Assembly (NCBI GenBank): GCA_045605265.1
Contig: JAZUPQ010000011.1
Location: 1-55,282, forward strand
From: Eubacteriales bacterium
GTDB lineage: Bacteria; Bacillota; Clostridia; Oscillospirales; CAG-272
Reading direction: 5' to 3'
Length of the DNA stretch: 55,282 bases
Positions 53,523-55,282 of the stretch are shown one piece after another (position 1 is the first letter of the stretch; each line of letters begins with the position of its first letter). Under the pieces are notes generated by a model. It had not been told where the DNA came from and made no database searches. It saw nothing but the letters and a program-made list of their open reading frames with translations. The position numbers and the translations under genes were made by a program.

Positions 53523-53546
53523 ATTATCGATGAATATGAAAAGGAT

Positions 53547-53572
53547 GAGGAGTGACCGCAAGGCCACTCCTC
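53547..53572 (+). promoter_or_regulatory. Leader hairpin upstream of rimP (possible attenuator)
   Basis: 8-bp perfect stem GAGGAGTG / CACTCCTC with a 10-nt loop. A TTTATTTTTT run begins about 22 nt downstream. Confidence 0.35.
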
Positions 53573-53611
53573 GTCATTGTAGTGAAACTTTATTTTTTGA
53601 GGAGGGGAAAT

Positions 53612-54070
53612 ATGAAAAAAAGCATCAGAGAAACGGTAAAAGACGCCATTGAGTCCGCGGTCGCAGAGCTCGGATACAGAATATGGGATATCACCTATTC
53701 CAAAATCGGAGCAGACTACCATCTCGAAATAACCATCGACAACGATGAGGGTATTTACATAGAAGATTGCGAGAAGGTTCACAGAGCGATAGAGCCGATA
53801 ATCGACGAGTGCGATCCTATCGAAGGATTTTACTATCTGGAAGTTTCCTCGCCGGGAATCGAGAGGGAGCTTCGCACCGACGAGCATATTTCAGCATCCG
53901 TCGGCAAGAAGGTTTTATGCAAGCTCTTTGCCGCGAAAGAGGGGCAAAAATCATTTGAGGGCGTTCTTTTGGGCTATGAAAACTCTGTTATCAGTCTTGA
54001 TGTCCTCGGCAGTAAAATCGAGCTTGAAAGAAGCGAAGTCTCAAAAATTAACACGGTCTATTTTGAATAA
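53612..54070 (+). CDS. rimP: Ribosome maturation factor RimP
   Basis: LEITIDNDEGIYIEDCEKVHRAIEPIID and YLEVSSPGIEREL motifs. ATG 53612 follows GAGGAGGGG. Confidence 0.9.
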   Translation: MKKSIRETVKDAIESAVAELGYRIWDITYSKIGADYHLEITIDNDEGIYIEDCEKVHRAIEPIIDECDPIEGFYYLEVSSPGIERELRTDEHISASVGKKVLCKLFAAKEGQKSFEGVLLGYENSVISLDVLGSKIELERSEVSKINTVYFE

Positions 54071-54139
54071 GATAATAAATAATAATATAAAGAAAGGACT
54101 TACGGTCAATAATTGGCTGTAAGGGTAGAAAAGGAAAAA

Positions 54140-55171
54140 ATGAACAAGGAATTTTTCTATGCCTTAGACGCGCTTGAAGCAGAGAAGGGTATACCAAAAG
54201 AGTATATGATTGCAAAGATTGAAGCGGCTCTTGCAAATTCTTGCAGAAAAGAGATCGGACAAAGTACGGTAGTCAGAGTACATCTTGACCCTGTGAAAAT
54301 GGATCTCAAAGTTTATCAGCAGCGTACCGTTGTTCCCGACGGAGAGGTTGAGGATGAAAAAAGTCAGATTTCTCTCTCGGATGCGAAAGCTCTCTCTCGC
54401 CGTCACAAGCTCGGCGGAGTAGTAGAGAAGGAGCTTAAAACCAACACCTTCCGCCGTATCAGCGCCACAACGGGTAAGCAGATGATAATTCAGGCTATCC
54501 GCGATGCAGAAAGAGAAAGACAGACAAGAGAATACGAGGAGAAGAAGGAAGAGATAATTACTGCGATTATCGACAAGGTTGATAACTCAACAGGCAATCT
54601 TATTCTCGATACGGGTACAGGCTATGCCACTCTCCTTAAATCAGAGCAAATTCCCGGCGAATCTCACGAGGTGGGCGAGAGAATTAAGGTGTTCATATCC
54701 GAGGTTAAATCAGGCGAGATGAGAGGACCTATCGTAACTCTTTCAAGAGTTCATCCTAATTTTGTAAAAAGACTGTTCGAGCTCGAAATTCCCGAAATTC
54801 AGGACGGCACAATAGTTATTAAAGGCGTATCACGCGAGGCAGGCAGCCGTACCAAAATCGCTGTTGAAAGCAGAGATGAAAACGTAGACGCAATCGGCTC
54901 TTGTATCGGTAAGAACGGAATGAGAATTAACGCGATTCTTAACGAGCTCGGAACGGAGAAAGTTGATATTATCAAATACAGCGACAATCTTGCAGAGTAT
55001 GTAGCGGCGGCCCTTTCGCCGGCGAGCGTAATTTCGGTTGAGATGGAGGGTGAGCGCTCTTGCCGTGTTACCGTTGCTCCCGAGCAGCTTTCCCTCGCAA
55101 TCGGTAAGGAAGGACAAAACGCAAAGCTCGTGGCTCGTCTTACAGGCTGTAAGATAGATATTAAAGCATAA
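54140..55171 (+). CDS. nusA: Transcription termination/antitermination factor NusA
   Basis: The N-terminal domain (FFYALDALEAEKGIPKEYM), the S1 domain, and two KH domains (AIGSCIGKNGMRIN and LSLAIGKEGQNAKL). Confidence 0.95.
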   Translation: MNKEFFYALDALEAEKGIPKEYMIAKIEAALANSCRKEIGQSTVVRVHLDPVKMDLKVYQQRTVVPDGEVEDEKSQISLSDAKALSRRHKLGGVVEKELKTNTFRRISATTGKQMIIQAIRDAERERQTREYEEKKEEIITAIIDKVDNSTGNLILDTGTGYATLLKSEQIPGESHEVGERIKVFISEVKSGEMRGPIVTLSRVHPNFVKRLFELEIPEIQDGTIVIKGVSREAGSRTKIAVESRDENVDAIGSCIGKNGMRINAILNELGTEKVDIIKYSDNLAEYVAAALSPASVISVEMEGERSCRVTVAPEQLSLAIGKEGQNAKLVARLTGCKIDIKA

Positions 55172-55282
55172 TGGCAGAGAATAATCAGATTTCCAAGAAA
55201 AAGATACCGGTAAGACGTTGCGTAGGTTGCGGTGAGCATTTTCCGAAAATGGAGCTTGTAAGAGTTCTCCGCACTCCCGAAG
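55171..55282 (+). CDS. ylxR: YlxR/RnpM (DUF448) family RNA-binding protein, N-terminal part (runs off the right edge)
   Basis: Manual translation gives MAENNQISKKKIPVRRCVGCGEHFPKMELVRVLRTPE... . ATG overlaps the nusA stop (TAATG). Confidence 0.85.
   Translation, partial: MAENNQISKKKIPVRRCVGCGEHFPKMELVRVLRTPE

Noticed and set aside
1-55282. CRISPR arrays, rRNA or tRNA genes, IS elements or transposases
   Set aside because: No regularly spaced direct repeats, no cloverleaf-compatible sequences in the short intergenic regions, and no transposase or integrase-like ORFs were seen on either strand.

Overview
This 55.3-kb window looks like a moderate-GC Firmicutes (Clostridia-like) chromosome. The taxonomic call rests on RBS and promoter style and gene content, and no search was run. 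Most of the window is housekeeping. It carries gpsA, a DeoR-controlled 7-gene sugar-phosphate operon, feoAB, ackA, greA, araB and psuG. It also carries the usually origin-proximal block rpmH-rnpA-yidD-yidC-jag-mnmE, then hpt-mtaB-glyQS, luxS-mtnN, coaW, and rimP-nusA-ylxR at the right edge.

The stand-out region is about 35.2-47.7 kb on the minus strand. It holds 15 tightly packed, translationally coupled genes that read as a phage virion module: small terminase, large terminase, portal, acidic scaffold-like protein, capsid-like protein, a 909-aa protein with an inserted BspA-type leucine-rich-repeat block, and three secreted or membrane proteins. I could not find an integrase, repressor, replication genes, tape measure, tail tube or sheath, or endolysin. 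Housekeeping genes flank the cluster on both sides, and an XPD/DinG-type Fe-S helicase follows it on the same strand with no visible terminator. I rate this as the best candidate for an undescribed system: a domesticated podovirus-like particle or GTA-like element. A decayed prophage remnant is the sober alternative.

Secondary leads are:
- A repeated GTTAG hairpin motif in front of both feoA and feoB.
- A structured leader upstream of luxS-mtnN.
- psuG paired with a Udk-family kinase rather than a PfkB-family kinase.
- A transporter-less sugar-phosphate operon that ends in a ceramidase-like gene.
- A 762-aa proline-rich, lysine-rich, tail-anchored protein in an operon with a MutS paralogue.

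All product calls come from motif recognition by eye. No database search, covariance-model scan or statistics were run.
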